This document shows, piece after piece, positions 1 to 6,691 of a DNA stretch of 37,088 nt (position 1 is its first letter; each line of letters starts with the position of its first letter). Made by a program: the position numbers and the translations under genes. Origin of the DNA: a virus (lineage: Duplodnaviria; Caudoviricetes); IMG/VR virus record IMGVR_UViG_3300020045_008681, positions 1 to 37,088 of that record. One strand, 5' to 3'. The notes under the pieces were generated by a model. That model was not told where the DNA came from. It saw only the letters and a program-made list of their open reading frames with translations, and did not search any database.

Positions 1-121
1 GAACTGGTAAAGCATGTTGACCAGGTGGTCAATGCGGTTGACCAGATTCCAAAACTGGTCAATTTAGACGGTCAAACTGGTCAATCCTGGGAGCAATCTG
101 GTCAATCTCAGGAATTTGGCC
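1..121. repeat. Terminal direct repeat / circular assembly overlap (copy 1)
   Basis: 1-121 is identical to 36968-37088, and an ORF reads in frame across the join, so the molecule is a 36,967-bp circle. Confidence 0.97.
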
Positions 122-294
122 CCGCCTTAACTGGTCAACGCGCTTTACCCCAACAAGAACACTTATTAAACACTGATAAACAAACAGACGATTTACCTTC
201 GGTTTCATCGACTGACCAACCCATGACAATCGCACAGATTATGGCTAGCTATAGTCGAGGTAAATTTAATCCAAAGTCTTCAACAACAATTTAG
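1..294 (+). CDS. Rep1, 3' part (iteron-containing region and C-terminus)
   Basis: Frame 1 is continuous with 36692..36967 (276 nt, divisible by 3). Confidence 0.8.
   Translation, partial: ELVKHVDQVVNAVDQIPKLVNLDGQTGQSWEQSGQSQEFGPALTGQRALPQQEHLLNTDKQTDDLPSVSSTDQPMTIAQIMASYSRGKFNPKSSTTI
4..138. repeat. Iteron cluster (TGGTCAA core) inside rep1; candidate origin 1
   Basis: TGGTCAA at 26, 56, 78, 99 and 132; inverted TTGACCA at 17 and 38; CGGTCAA at 69; AT-rich tract at ~161-185. Confidence 0.75.
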
Positions 295-640
295 CTTGCA
301 TGAGGGCGAGCTTCCGATCTTTGCGGCAGTGAGTATTACAACGAACCATAAGGGCTTTGTATCCCTGTTCACCTAACTTGGACTTCATGTGTGTTGTGTA
401 GTCGGCCCGTCCGTCACCTCCCCAAATGAAGTGGCACATGGCGCACAAAGAAATTACGTTCTGAATATCAAATCGCGTGTTTTCATGGCGACGTGACCAG
501 TAGTGGGACGCTTGCAATCCGGTGATTCCTTTTGGCCCATCCCCAGCCCTAAAACAACGCTGGCAAATTTTGTCTCGTCGTCTCACATACTCGCTAAACG
601 CCCGATCAGCCGCGTCTATTTTTATCGTTTTCCAGCTCAT
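266..640 (-). CDS. ninG: NinG/Rap-like HNH recombination endonuclease
   Basis: ADRAFSEYVRRRD-CxxC, ASHYWSRRH-TRFD-N-LCAMCH pattern; ATG at 640 overlaps the upstream stop. Confidence 0.75.
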   Translation of the reverse strand: MSWKTIKIDAADRAFSEYVRRRDKICQRCFRAGDGPKGITGLQASHYWSRRHENTRFDIQNVISLCAMCHFIWGGDGRADYTTHMKSKLGEQGYKALMVRCNTHCRKDRKLALMQAKLLLKTLD

Positions 641-732
641 ATATACGTCCCCAAAATAGTCCCGACTAGAAACAACCACACTCCAAAAAAGACTAGGGCC
701 ATGATTTTAATGAGCGTCCAGATAAAGTTCAT
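637..732 (-). CDS. 31-aa single-pass membrane peptide
   Basis: Read manually: MNFIWTLIKIMALVFFGVWLFLVGTILGTYI; fills the gap between neighbours and has an ATGA overlap with ninG. Confidence 0.6.
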   Translation of the reverse strand: MNFIWTLIKIMALVFFGVWLFLVGTILGTYI

Positions 733-733
733 A

Positions 734-1096
734 CTAGGTTAGTTTCTCCTTAAATTGGTCAATCAGCTTTTCGTAGATACTGCGGTAATAAACCTCAAAC
801 GACTCCATCGGTTTACCTGCCTGCTCCCACCTAACCCACAGTACGGCCCGGAGTCGTTGACTAGGTGACTTTTCGTCCTTATCCCATACCAACGGTGGAA
901 GGCTCAAAATTGACTCAGGTTGGATTGGTTCGACACTAAAGGTGAAATGCCCGACTTTCTCTACGATCGACATAGCACGGGCAAGCTGGGCGTCACTACA
1001 GCCTTCCTGGCTATCAACTACCAGGCGCATTGACCGTCGGCTCATGGAGCTGACCTTGCTGATTTGCGCTGGGAAGGTGAACAATTCTTCGTTCAT
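734..1096 (-). CDS. Conserved phage hypothetical protein
   Basis: MNEELFTFP...KSPSQRLRAVLW...FEVYYRSIYEKLIDQFKEKL; protein-like composition and operon packing. Confidence 0.7.
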   Translation of the reverse strand: MNEELFTFPAQISKVSSMSRRSMRLVVDSQEGCSDAQLARAMSIVEKVGHFTFSVEPIQPESILSLPPLVWDKDEKSPSQRLRAVLWVRWEQAGKPMESFEVYYRSIYEKLIDQFKEKLT

Positions 1097-1208
1097 AAAT
1101 ATCCAAATTTCATAGCGAGTAAACAAGCAGACAAAAACGCCAACGCCCAGAAATTATGCTTATAGTCTTTTAATTCCTGGCAGTTGCAACATTGCAAAAG
1201 TTTCTCAT

Positions 1209-1436
1209 TCATAAATCAACAACATTTAAATGCCCCTTCGGACAAACAGAGTCCATAAGTTTTCTACTAGCCACAAAATGTATCCGACAGTCACAGCACC
1301 AAAACATTGTCTCTTTGTGCTTCGGTGGGATGTAAACTTTTTTTAGTTTGTAAATCTTTTTTACACGCACTACCGGAGGTGGCGGATGACGTTTCAACCA
1401 CTCTAACACTTCACGCAATGTGTCTTGATAGGGCAT
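1209..1436 (-). CDS. Small Zn-ribbon-like hypothetical protein
   Basis: MPYQDTLRE...CCDC...CPKGH; ATG at 1436. Confidence 0.5.
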   Translation of the reverse strand: MPYQDTLREVLEWLKRHPPPPVVRVKKIYKLKKVYIPPKHKETMFWCCDCRIHFVASRKLMDSVCPKGHLNVVDL

Positions 1437-1530
1437 ACGCCAGAGCCACCGTATCACTGACGGCAGCCCGAGGGTAACGGGTAAGTAAAGAAGTGTCAGC
1501 TTTGTACAAATGGTCGAGCGTATCACGAGT

Positions 1531-1595
1531 TTTCTAGCCCTGTCGGCAATAAACCTTGGTTAACTTAGGAGGCTAAGAAGATTTCAACAGGGCTG
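1531..1595 (-). ncRNA. Putative structured intergenic RNA element
   Basis: On the minus strand AGCCCTGTTG pairs with CGACAGGGCT, enclosing CTTAG/CTAAG and AACC/GGTT hairpins. Confidence 0.4.
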
Positions 1596-1612
1596 GGGAA
1601 CCCGCGAACGGG

Positions 1613-1828
1613 TCACGGGCGAGAGAGTTGAAAGGTGGTTGATGATTGGAATTTTATTTTCCAACCATTATAAGTTGATTTCTCAAGGTCTCGTTGTGTG
1701 TACTCTGGGACGCGCCACTTAATAGAAACGTCCGGTGTACCAAAACCTTGAGTAATTAGGTATATACGTCCTTCGATAAAATGTCGGTAACGGGCGATAA
1801 TTTCTTTGTAGCTTTGACTTGGTTCCAT
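1613..1828 (-). CDS. Hypothetical protein
   Basis: 71-aa ORF with ATG start in the leftward block. Confidence 0.5.
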   Translation of the reverse strand: MEPSQSYKEIIARYRHFIEGRIYLITQGFGTPDVSIKWRVPEYTQRDLEKSTYNGWKIKFQSSTTFQLSRP

Positions 1829-1858
1829 TAGTCATGATCGCTCCTTACGGCGTGTAGC

Positions 1859-2101
1859 CGTCATCACTGCACATTCCGGGTAATTACGCCGGTATGACGG
1901 GAAAGCACCGTTATGCAGTGATGACGACCCCGATTGTGTTAGGCCTTGTCGTACCTACACAATCGGAGGGCCAGAGCCCCTAGTTAAATGTGGCCTATTA
2001 GCCACCATCTGATGAGGCGGTATATCACCCCGACTATACAGTCAGGAAAAACCTCACCAGGTGGCGACTGCCGACTAAACCGAGAAAAGAGGTTAGTCAG
2101 C
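1859..2101. ncRNA. Array of four consecutive stem-loop/multibranch elements
   Basis: Perfect 13-bp IR 1859-1871/1914-1926; 9-bp IR 1930-1938/1958-1966; GCCACC/GGTGGC 2001/2060; imperfect IR 2070-2081/2091-2101; no convincing ORF. Confidence 0.55.
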
Positions 2102-2120
2102 TTTAGCCAAAACAATTCTA

Positions 2121-2690
2121 TCAAATTTTCTTGTCGCACATCCATTCATATTGGTAACCAGACTCAATCCGCCACATCGTCCATTTAGTGGCTTCGTCTA
2201 GGTTGTAGGCAATGTGCATGGCTTCGGGGTGCCAGTAGTCATTGATCTGAAAAATTCCATGATCTTTTGACTTCACCTTGTCTTTGTTGACCCCGATTGC
2301 TTTAGGGTTTAATCCACTTTCACACTTGGCCAAGCGCACCAAATAATCAGGCCACGCAAAGTTGGCTTCTTTGGCGAGTTGGCGAATCCGTAACTCCACG
2401 GCACCAGGATTGTGTTTAGCCACTATTTTAGACGTTGGTGCAACGACCTGAATGTGTGCAGTTTTCGACGTTTTGTCGATAACTCGTTTCTCTGCCTCTT
2501 CCCGCGTTTCATCCCCCTCAACCTCAATCCACACCGTCTTTTTAGCTGCCATGGGGAGGTGATTCTGCACCACTGGAGCCTCTACGCTGGCCTGAGCTGG
2601 TCGAAACGATACCGCGCCTAGTATGAACCCAATCATGAATATCCAGAGGCTTAGAAGAACGTAGAAGCGGCGCTTATGGTTACGTCGCAT
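2121..2690 (-). CDS. Membrane-anchored lytic transglycosylase (SLT/lysozyme-like)
   Basis: N-terminal basic stretch plus TM helix (FYVLLSLWIFMIGFILGAV); C-terminal LAKCESGLNPKA...DHGIFQINDYWH catalytic-Glu and GxFQI motifs; start placed at ATG 2690. Confidence 0.8.
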   Translation of the reverse strand: MRRNHKRRFYVLLSLWIFMIGFILGAVSFRPAQASVEAPVVQNHLPMAAKKTVWIEVEGDETREEAEKRVIDKTSKTAHIQVVAPTSKIVAKHNPGAVELRIRQLAKEANFAWPDYLVRLAKCESGLNPKAIGVNKDKVKSKDHGIFQINDYWHPEAMHIAYNLDEATKWTMWRIESGYQYEWMCDKKI

Positions 2691-2691
2691 A

Positions 2692-2841
2692 TTAAGCCTG
2701 GTTAGCCAACAAAGAGCGGATACGGGCGTGTTCTCGTGCCAGATCGACGTACCCTTTACGGGCGATGATGAGCCGGTCGATTCGGGCGTTGAGTTTGGCA
2801 AGTTGAAGTTTGAGGGTGCGTACATAGATATGACGTGACAT
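2692..2841 (-). CDS. 49-aa basic helical protein
   Basis: Read manually: MSRHIYVRTLKLQLAKLNARIDRLIIARKGYVDLAREHARIRSLLANQA; directly downstream of a promoter and abutting the SLT start. Confidence 0.7.
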   Translation of the reverse strand: MSRHIYVRTLKLQLAKLNARIDRLIIARKGYVDLAREHARIRSLLANQA

Positions 2842-2893
2842 ACTTGTTTGTTTTTATATTAGGTAAGGCTTTATTTTTGCCTTAACTGACATA

Positions 2894-2934
2894 AGTATAC
2901 CACTTTTTGACCACCTTGTAAACTATGTAGGTTT
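2894..2934 (-). promoter_or_regulatory. Sigma70-type promoter with upstream conserved box
   Basis: -35 TTTACA (2922-2917), 17-bp spacer, TGn-TATACT (2899-2894); preceded by AACCTACATAG. Confidence 0.7.
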
Positions 2935-3436
2935 AATTATCAAAGAAGAATACTAATCGGACGTCTTCATCGGTCATATCTTCTTTATCTTTACACCGTT
3001 CCATCTTATTAATCAGATCATCCCAGTCACCAGTGCCAAACACACTAAAAATTCTCGTTACTTTTCCAACTCTTCCTAGATGTTGATGTTCACCTTTTGT
3101 ATCTGCGCACACAGAAGAAATTTCACCGTTAGCATCCCGAGATAAAATATATCGGTTGTCTTCGTGTTCTTGGTTTAAATCAAATGATTTTAATTCTTTT
3201 AAAGTTACCCAAGAATAACTATGGTAATCATCGTCTAAATCTTCGTTAACATTGAACAGATGATCTTTAGGCAGCCCTTTAGGTTCTGAGATCGGTGTAA
3301 TTCCATTTCTATTACGAACACCAGACAACACCGCAAACAGTTCATAGTTTCTGCCTATCTCTGGATCGCCAGCATGAACCCATCTATAACGACTTGGGCC
3401 TTTCTTTTCCATTTGCGCATGAATATCACATCCCAT
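2933..3436 (-). CDS. Conserved phage protein of unknown function (MGCDIH...RLVFFFDN type)
   Basis: MGCDIH, RNYELFAVLSGVRN, PKGLP, HSYSWVTLKEL and VRLVFFFDN motifs. Confidence 0.8.
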   Translation of the reverse strand: MGCDIHAQMEKKGPSRYRWVHAGDPEIGRNYELFAVLSGVRNRNGITPISEPKGLPKDHLFNVNEDLDDDYHSYSWVTLKELKSFDLNQEHEDNRYILSRDANGEISSVCADTKGEHQHLGRVGKVTRIFSVFGTGDWDDLINKMERCKDKEDMTDEDVRLVFFFDN

Positions 3437-3523
3437 AGTTATTGGTTAAGTGTTTTTAACTCCTCCCTCGCTAAATGAATCTGCCACTCTAACTCACTCT
3501 TGCGGCTGTGATTGTATGGGTGG

Positions 3524-4510
3524 TTATTTGGTGAACATTTTTGCTGGGGGTCGCTCTTTCCAAGATTTGCACCAGGTTCCGTCTGGGAGTTTGGTTTGGC
3601 AGTAGACGGTTCCTTCTTTTTTTCCAGGTTTGAGTAAACAGTTATGTTTCCAGCAACTATCGAGGACGGTGAGGGGTATGGATTGGATGGGTTCGACATA
3701 GGGTTGTTCAGGAGCGGGAAAAGTATCAGTGATCGAGTATTCAGGCGGTGGATTAATCATACCTGCCTTCATGGCTTTAACTGCCGCGCTGTCCTCGACG
3801 GGATCGGTTGGTGCTAGGAAGTCGGGTGGTTTCATCTCGCCGATGTCCTCTGAAAAATCATCGTTCACTTCAATCACGGGTAATTCGTCCTCTTCTAAAT
3901 CACGGTTATACGGCTTTGTCGTTGTCATTGATGGGCCACCACCGCCTCCACCGAGATAACCATTCTCAGGTGTTGGTGTTGGAATATTGTTTGCCTGATC
4001 CATTTCCTCGGCGGAATACAGTCCTGATAGGTCATTGGGGAAGGCTTTACGCAAGGCGATACACTCGGCCACTTTAGCAAGCATGGTACGGGGAAGCTTA
4101 TCCCAATTGCTTTCGTAACCATTTCGTCCAGGACGGTTGTATTCGGCCCAGTAGGCAACTCCTACCGATGCGGGGTATCGCGTCTCGCCATGCCAGCGGT
4201 AGACGGTCACAGAGCATTTTACCGGCTTCCCTGTCTTCTCATCTTCTTCAAACACTGGTGCATCCTGTCCGGCGTAGCTTCCGGAGCGTTCAGCGACTAC
4301 ACGAAAACCATCGACCGAAATTTGCATCATCACCTTATTGGACTTGTCTTTGATGAAATAAATCTGTCGGGTAAATGGGTCAAGCTTGGTTCGTTTGCAC
4401 ATGCCGATAAACAGGGCGAGTTCGTCGGGTGTAGCGTCTTTGGCGACCGTTCGTTTAATCAAGGCGATTTGTTCTGGGCCTAGAGTAGCTACTTGTAATT
4501 CTTGGCTCAT
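3524..4510 (-). CDS. bet: Phage single-strand annealing recombinase Bet/RecT
   Basis: LDPFTRQIYF, ISVDGFR, W.K.PRTMLAKVAE..ALRKAFP motifs; acidic/Pro-rich linker and C-terminal CxxH...C...C module. Confidence 0.9.
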   Translation of the reverse strand: MSQELQVATLGPEQIALIKRTVAKDATPDELALFIGMCKRTKLDPFTRQIYFIKDKSNKVMMQISVDGFRVVAERSGSYAGQDAPVFEEDEKTGKPVKCSVTVYRWHGETRYPASVGVAYWAEYNRPGRNGYESNWDKLPRTMLAKVAECIALRKAFPNDLSGLYSAEEMDQANNIPTPTPENGYLGGGGGGPSMTTTKPYNRDLEEDELPVIEVNDDFSEDIGEMKPPDFLAPTDPVEDSAAVKAMKAGMINPPPEYSITDTFPAPEQPYVEPIQSIPLTVLDSCWKHNCLLKPGKKEGTVYCQTKLPDGTWCKSWKERPPAKMFTK

Positions 4511-4511
4511 A

Positions 4512-4745
4512 TTATTTCTTAGATAGATAAGAAACTAATCCGCTGTATTTGTGAGAATGGAATCGACTAATCGCATCGTAAGCTAAACCTCCGTCGTTAG
4601 TTTCTAAGATTCTTCCTAACTGATTAACAGCGGCTTGTTGTTGTTCGATGGTAACGTTTGGAATGCTGGCCCAAGAACATTTTATATAATCTTCGATGTC
4701 TTTTTTCAGACCCTCTATTCTGTAGCGTTGGCTACGGGTGAGCAT
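4512..4745 (-). CDS. Hypothetical protein
   Basis: ATG 4745; tightly packed with bet. Confidence 0.6.
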   Translation of the reverse strand: MLTRSQRYRIEGLKKDIEDYIKCSWASIPNVTIEQQQAAVNQLGRILETNDGGLAYDAISRFHSHKYSGLVSYLSKK

Positions 4746-4746
4746 A

Positions 4747-4971
4747 TTATTTAAGTGCTTCAAGTCCAACATCAGCAAGCATCAAAACATGCCGTTGGAT
4801 GGTTTTAATAGTTTTTGTGTCCAGGAAATGTCCCGCTTTCTGGTTTTTCAATTCTTCTTTTGAGGTTCTTAAAAGTAGTTTCAACATTTGTGACGCTCCA
4901 TCCTTAGTCGCTCCATTTACTAAGTCATCCAAATCTTTTTGCATCTGTTCACTAGAGTATTTTTTTTTCAT
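4747..4971 (-). CDS. Hypothetical protein
   Basis: MKKKYSSEQ...; ATG 4971 lies directly after the upstream stop. Confidence 0.6.
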   Translation of the reverse strand: MKKKYSSEQMQKDLDDLVNGATKDGASQMLKLLLRTSKEELKNQKAGHFLDTKTIKTIQRHVLMLADVGLEALK

Positions 4972-4972
4972 A

Positions 4973-5104
4973 TTAAAACGGCAGATTGCAAACCTCGCGT
5001 AAAATATTCGTCGTTTCATCTCGGCCAAGTTTCTCATCCAACATTCTGACGATCATCCCTAATTCGTACTTGGCTTGGTCGATAGTAAATTCTTGAGTTT
5101 CCAT
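4973..5104 (-). CDS. 43-aa hypothetical protein
   Basis: Read manually: METQEFTIDQAKYELGMIVRMLDEKLGRDETTNILREVCNLPF. Confidence 0.6.
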   Translation of the reverse strand: METQEFTIDQAKYELGMIVRMLDEKLGRDETTNILREVCNLPF

Positions 5105-5150
5105 ATAATTCGCATCGGGGGCATGGCCTCCCGTAGCTAAGAGTAAAAGT

Positions 5151-5333
5151 TGTGTGGGCGAGGATTTGACTAGATCAGCTTTCCACTGACTTGCCGACTG
5201 GCTACGGTTAGCAAACTAGTATAGTCACCTCGCATGGAGTCTTATATCGTAAGTCCTATACCCTTGTTCCGGTGTGTTTCATACCGGGGGCAGACTCCGG
5301 CTTGCTCGCGTCTACCTATTCCGCCACCACACA
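5151..5333 (-). ncRNA. tRNA-like RNA (Leu/Ser-type D-arm) with expanded anticodon domain and interrupted T-loop
   Basis: 7-bp acceptor TGTGTGG/CCACACA; TG-GCGGAATAGGTAGACGC D-arm; GCGAGG/CCTCGC T-stem whose T|TCAAAT loop is split by 57 nt; no encoded CCA. Confidence 0.7.
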
Positions 5334-5339
5334 TGATTT

Positions 5340-5436
5340 TGCACGAACCGGGGAGGCGTTAAGTCTGATCCTGGTTTCTCATGCTGGATTTGTCGCCAGC
5401 ACCCTGATCGTTCTTGCGCTCTCCCTAGTTCATGCA
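5340..5436 (-). ncRNA. Structured leader/small RNA at the transcript 5' end
   Basis: TGCATGAACTAGGGAGAGCG pairs with CGCCTCCCCGGTTCGTGCA, enclosing a TGCTGG/CCAGCA hairpin; begins a few nt after the -10 box. Confidence 0.55.
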
Positions 5437-5439
5437 GAT

Positions 5440-5468
5440 ATGATAACCATGTTGGTTTATGTTGTCAA
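5440..5468 (-). promoter_or_regulatory. Strong sigma70-type leftward promoter
   Basis: TTGACA (5468-5463), 17 bp, TATCAT (5445-5440). Confidence 0.8.
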
Positions 5469-5612
5469 GCATTGTAGTTTTAGCCACAAAACAACTTCAC
5501 AGCCATTGCTGGCTGTGTTATTGTTCATCCGTTGAAGAATGATGACTAAGTTGTACCTAGAGATTATCTTGGTGGTCGCGTTCTGTCAACCTTAAAGGTT
5601 GAATTTTTATTT

Positions 5613-6284
5613 ATGCGATCCTCAAATGTTAATTCTCAAGTAATTGCCGAATTGGGTGCGCGGCCAGTGGGTTACAATCCGATATTTGCCAAGATCGGGA
5701 AGGGTGCGGCGGCGGGTGTATTTATGAGCCAGATGCTCTACTGGCACAACAAGGGATCAAAGGATGGATGGGTGTACAAGACAATTATAGACTTCCAGGA
5801 AGAGACAGGGTTGTCTAGGTATGAGCAGGAGACGGCCATCAAACACTGGGTAGAGCTCGGAGTTTTAAAGATGGAGCTTAAAGGTGTACCGGCAACTAGG
5901 CACTTTAAGGTTGATTTAGACGTGCTCTATATTCTGCTAGATCAATACTGTGCCGCCCACAATAAACCATTACCGACAGGCGAAGCTAAAAAGTCTGTGG
6001 ATAAGTCTACGTCCAGTTTGCGGCAAACCACCAAACTGGTCTGTGATAAACCAACAAGCCAGTCTGTGGTAAACCAACAAACTATTATAGGTAACATAGA
6101 TTACACAGAGAGTACGTCACCAAAATCGGATTTTTCAAATCCTGCAGCTTATAGCTTTTTAACAGACGAAACGACCATGAGGCTACTAGCTGTACAACCA
6201 TCCAAGGCTCCCTATACAGGTGGTGAGGCTATGCGGCAAGCTCTAGCAGCCCGTAACGCCATGCTAAGTAAGGCTATAGCTTGA
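5613..6284 (+). CDS. Phage replication initiator / replisome-organiser-like winged-helix protein (Rep2)
   Basis: RPVGYNPIFAKI...AAGVFMSQMLYW...GWVYKT..FQEETGLSRYEQETAIK..VELGVL pattern, followed by an iteron-encoded repetitive stretch. Confidence 0.8.
   Translation: MRSSNVNSQVIAELGARPVGYNPIFAKIGKGAAAGVFMSQMLYWHNKGSKDGWVYKTIIDFQEETGLSRYEQETAIKHWVELGVLKMELKGVPATRHFKVDLDVLYILLDQYCAAHNKPLPTGEAKKSVDKSTSSLRQTTKLVCDKPTSQSVVNQQTIIGNIDYTESTSPKSDFSNPAAYSFLTDETTMRLLAVQPSKAPYTGGEAMRQALAARNAMLSKAIA
5996..6004 (-). promoter_or_regulatory. Perfect DnaA box
   Basis: TGTGGATAA is the reverse complement of TTATCCACA and lies 10 bp before the iterons. Confidence 0.5.
6014..6082 (+). repeat. Three tandem 23-bp iterons inside rep2; candidate origin 2
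   Basis: CAGTTTGCGGCAAACCACCAAAC / TGGTCTGTGATAAACCAACAAGC / CAGTCTGTGGTAAACCAACAAAC. Confidence 0.8.
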
Positions 6285-6324
6285 CCCTCGACAATCCCTC
6301 AAAAACCTAGTAGGTTGAGATTGT

Positions 6325-6486
6325 ATGATAATCAAAGAGAAAGCCGCATTTAAGGAAGACTCCCCTTGTAAAGGGTGTCAAAAGATGGATGTTAAGCATA
6401 AAGGGCGTGGGTTGTGTATGCGCTGCTATTATGTTGAGTACCAGGCCAAGTATAAGGCTAGGAAGTTGGCGAAGGTGGCTGTATGA
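6325..6486 (+). CDS. 53-aa Zn-finger protein
   Basis: Read manually: MIIKEKAAFKEDSPCKGCQKMDVKHKGRGLCMRCYYVEY...; CxxC/GLCxxCY motif. Confidence 0.65.
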   Translation: MIIKEKAAFKEDSPCKGCQKMDVKHKGRGLCMRCYYVEYQAKYKARKLAKVAV

Positions 6487-6653
6487 AGTTAATTTGTTGG
6501 TTTAGAACAATGTGGCTGACTGGCACAGCTTGGGTGTTTGGTGACCATGCTTTTAATGCGTATATCAGTGGTTGTTCTTGGGTAATGCAGGAAGATGGAT
6601 GTTTGAAGTGTTCGGTTTGTGGGGCCACTCACTCCTTCAATCTAGGCAAATAA
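6483..6653 (+). CDS. 56-aa Cys-containing hypothetical protein
   Basis: Read manually: MKLICWFRTMW...CLKCSVCGATH...; ATGA overlap with the previous ORF. Confidence 0.55.
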   Translation: MKLICWFRTMWLTGTAWVFGDHAFNAYISGCSWVMQEDGCLKCSVCGATHSFNLGK

Positions 6654-6691
6654 CCTACATAGTTTACAACTGGGAATGGATGGTGTAAGGT
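6651..6691 (+). promoter_or_regulatory. Promoter with the same conserved upstream box
   Basis: AACCTACATAG-TTTACA, 17 bp, TAAGGT. Confidence 0.6.

Noticed and set aside
1-121. 121-bp terminal repeat as a biological DTR
   Set aside because: It falls in the middle of a gene and has a length typical of an assembler k-mer overlap, so it is best read as a circularity artefact.
4-138. TGGTCAA repeats or the 23-bp repeats at 6014-6082 as a CRISPR array
   Set aside because: No repeat-spacer periodicity with unique spacers, both sets are inside ORFs, and no cas genes are present.
2691-2825. Track start at 2825 for the transglycosylase
   Set aside because: A better 49-aa ORF occupies 2692-2841 in another frame, and ATG 2690 puts the TM anchor at the N-terminus.
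5151-5333. Canonical tRNA-Leu/Ser gene or tmRNA
   Set aside because: No 7-nt anticodon loop on a 5-bp stem, interrupted T-loop and no CCA; too short for tmRNA, and it has a paired D-stem.
5272-5535. 87-aa plus-strand ORF
   Set aside because: It overlaps the minus-strand promoter and structured RNAs, has a GTG start and shows no protein-like features.
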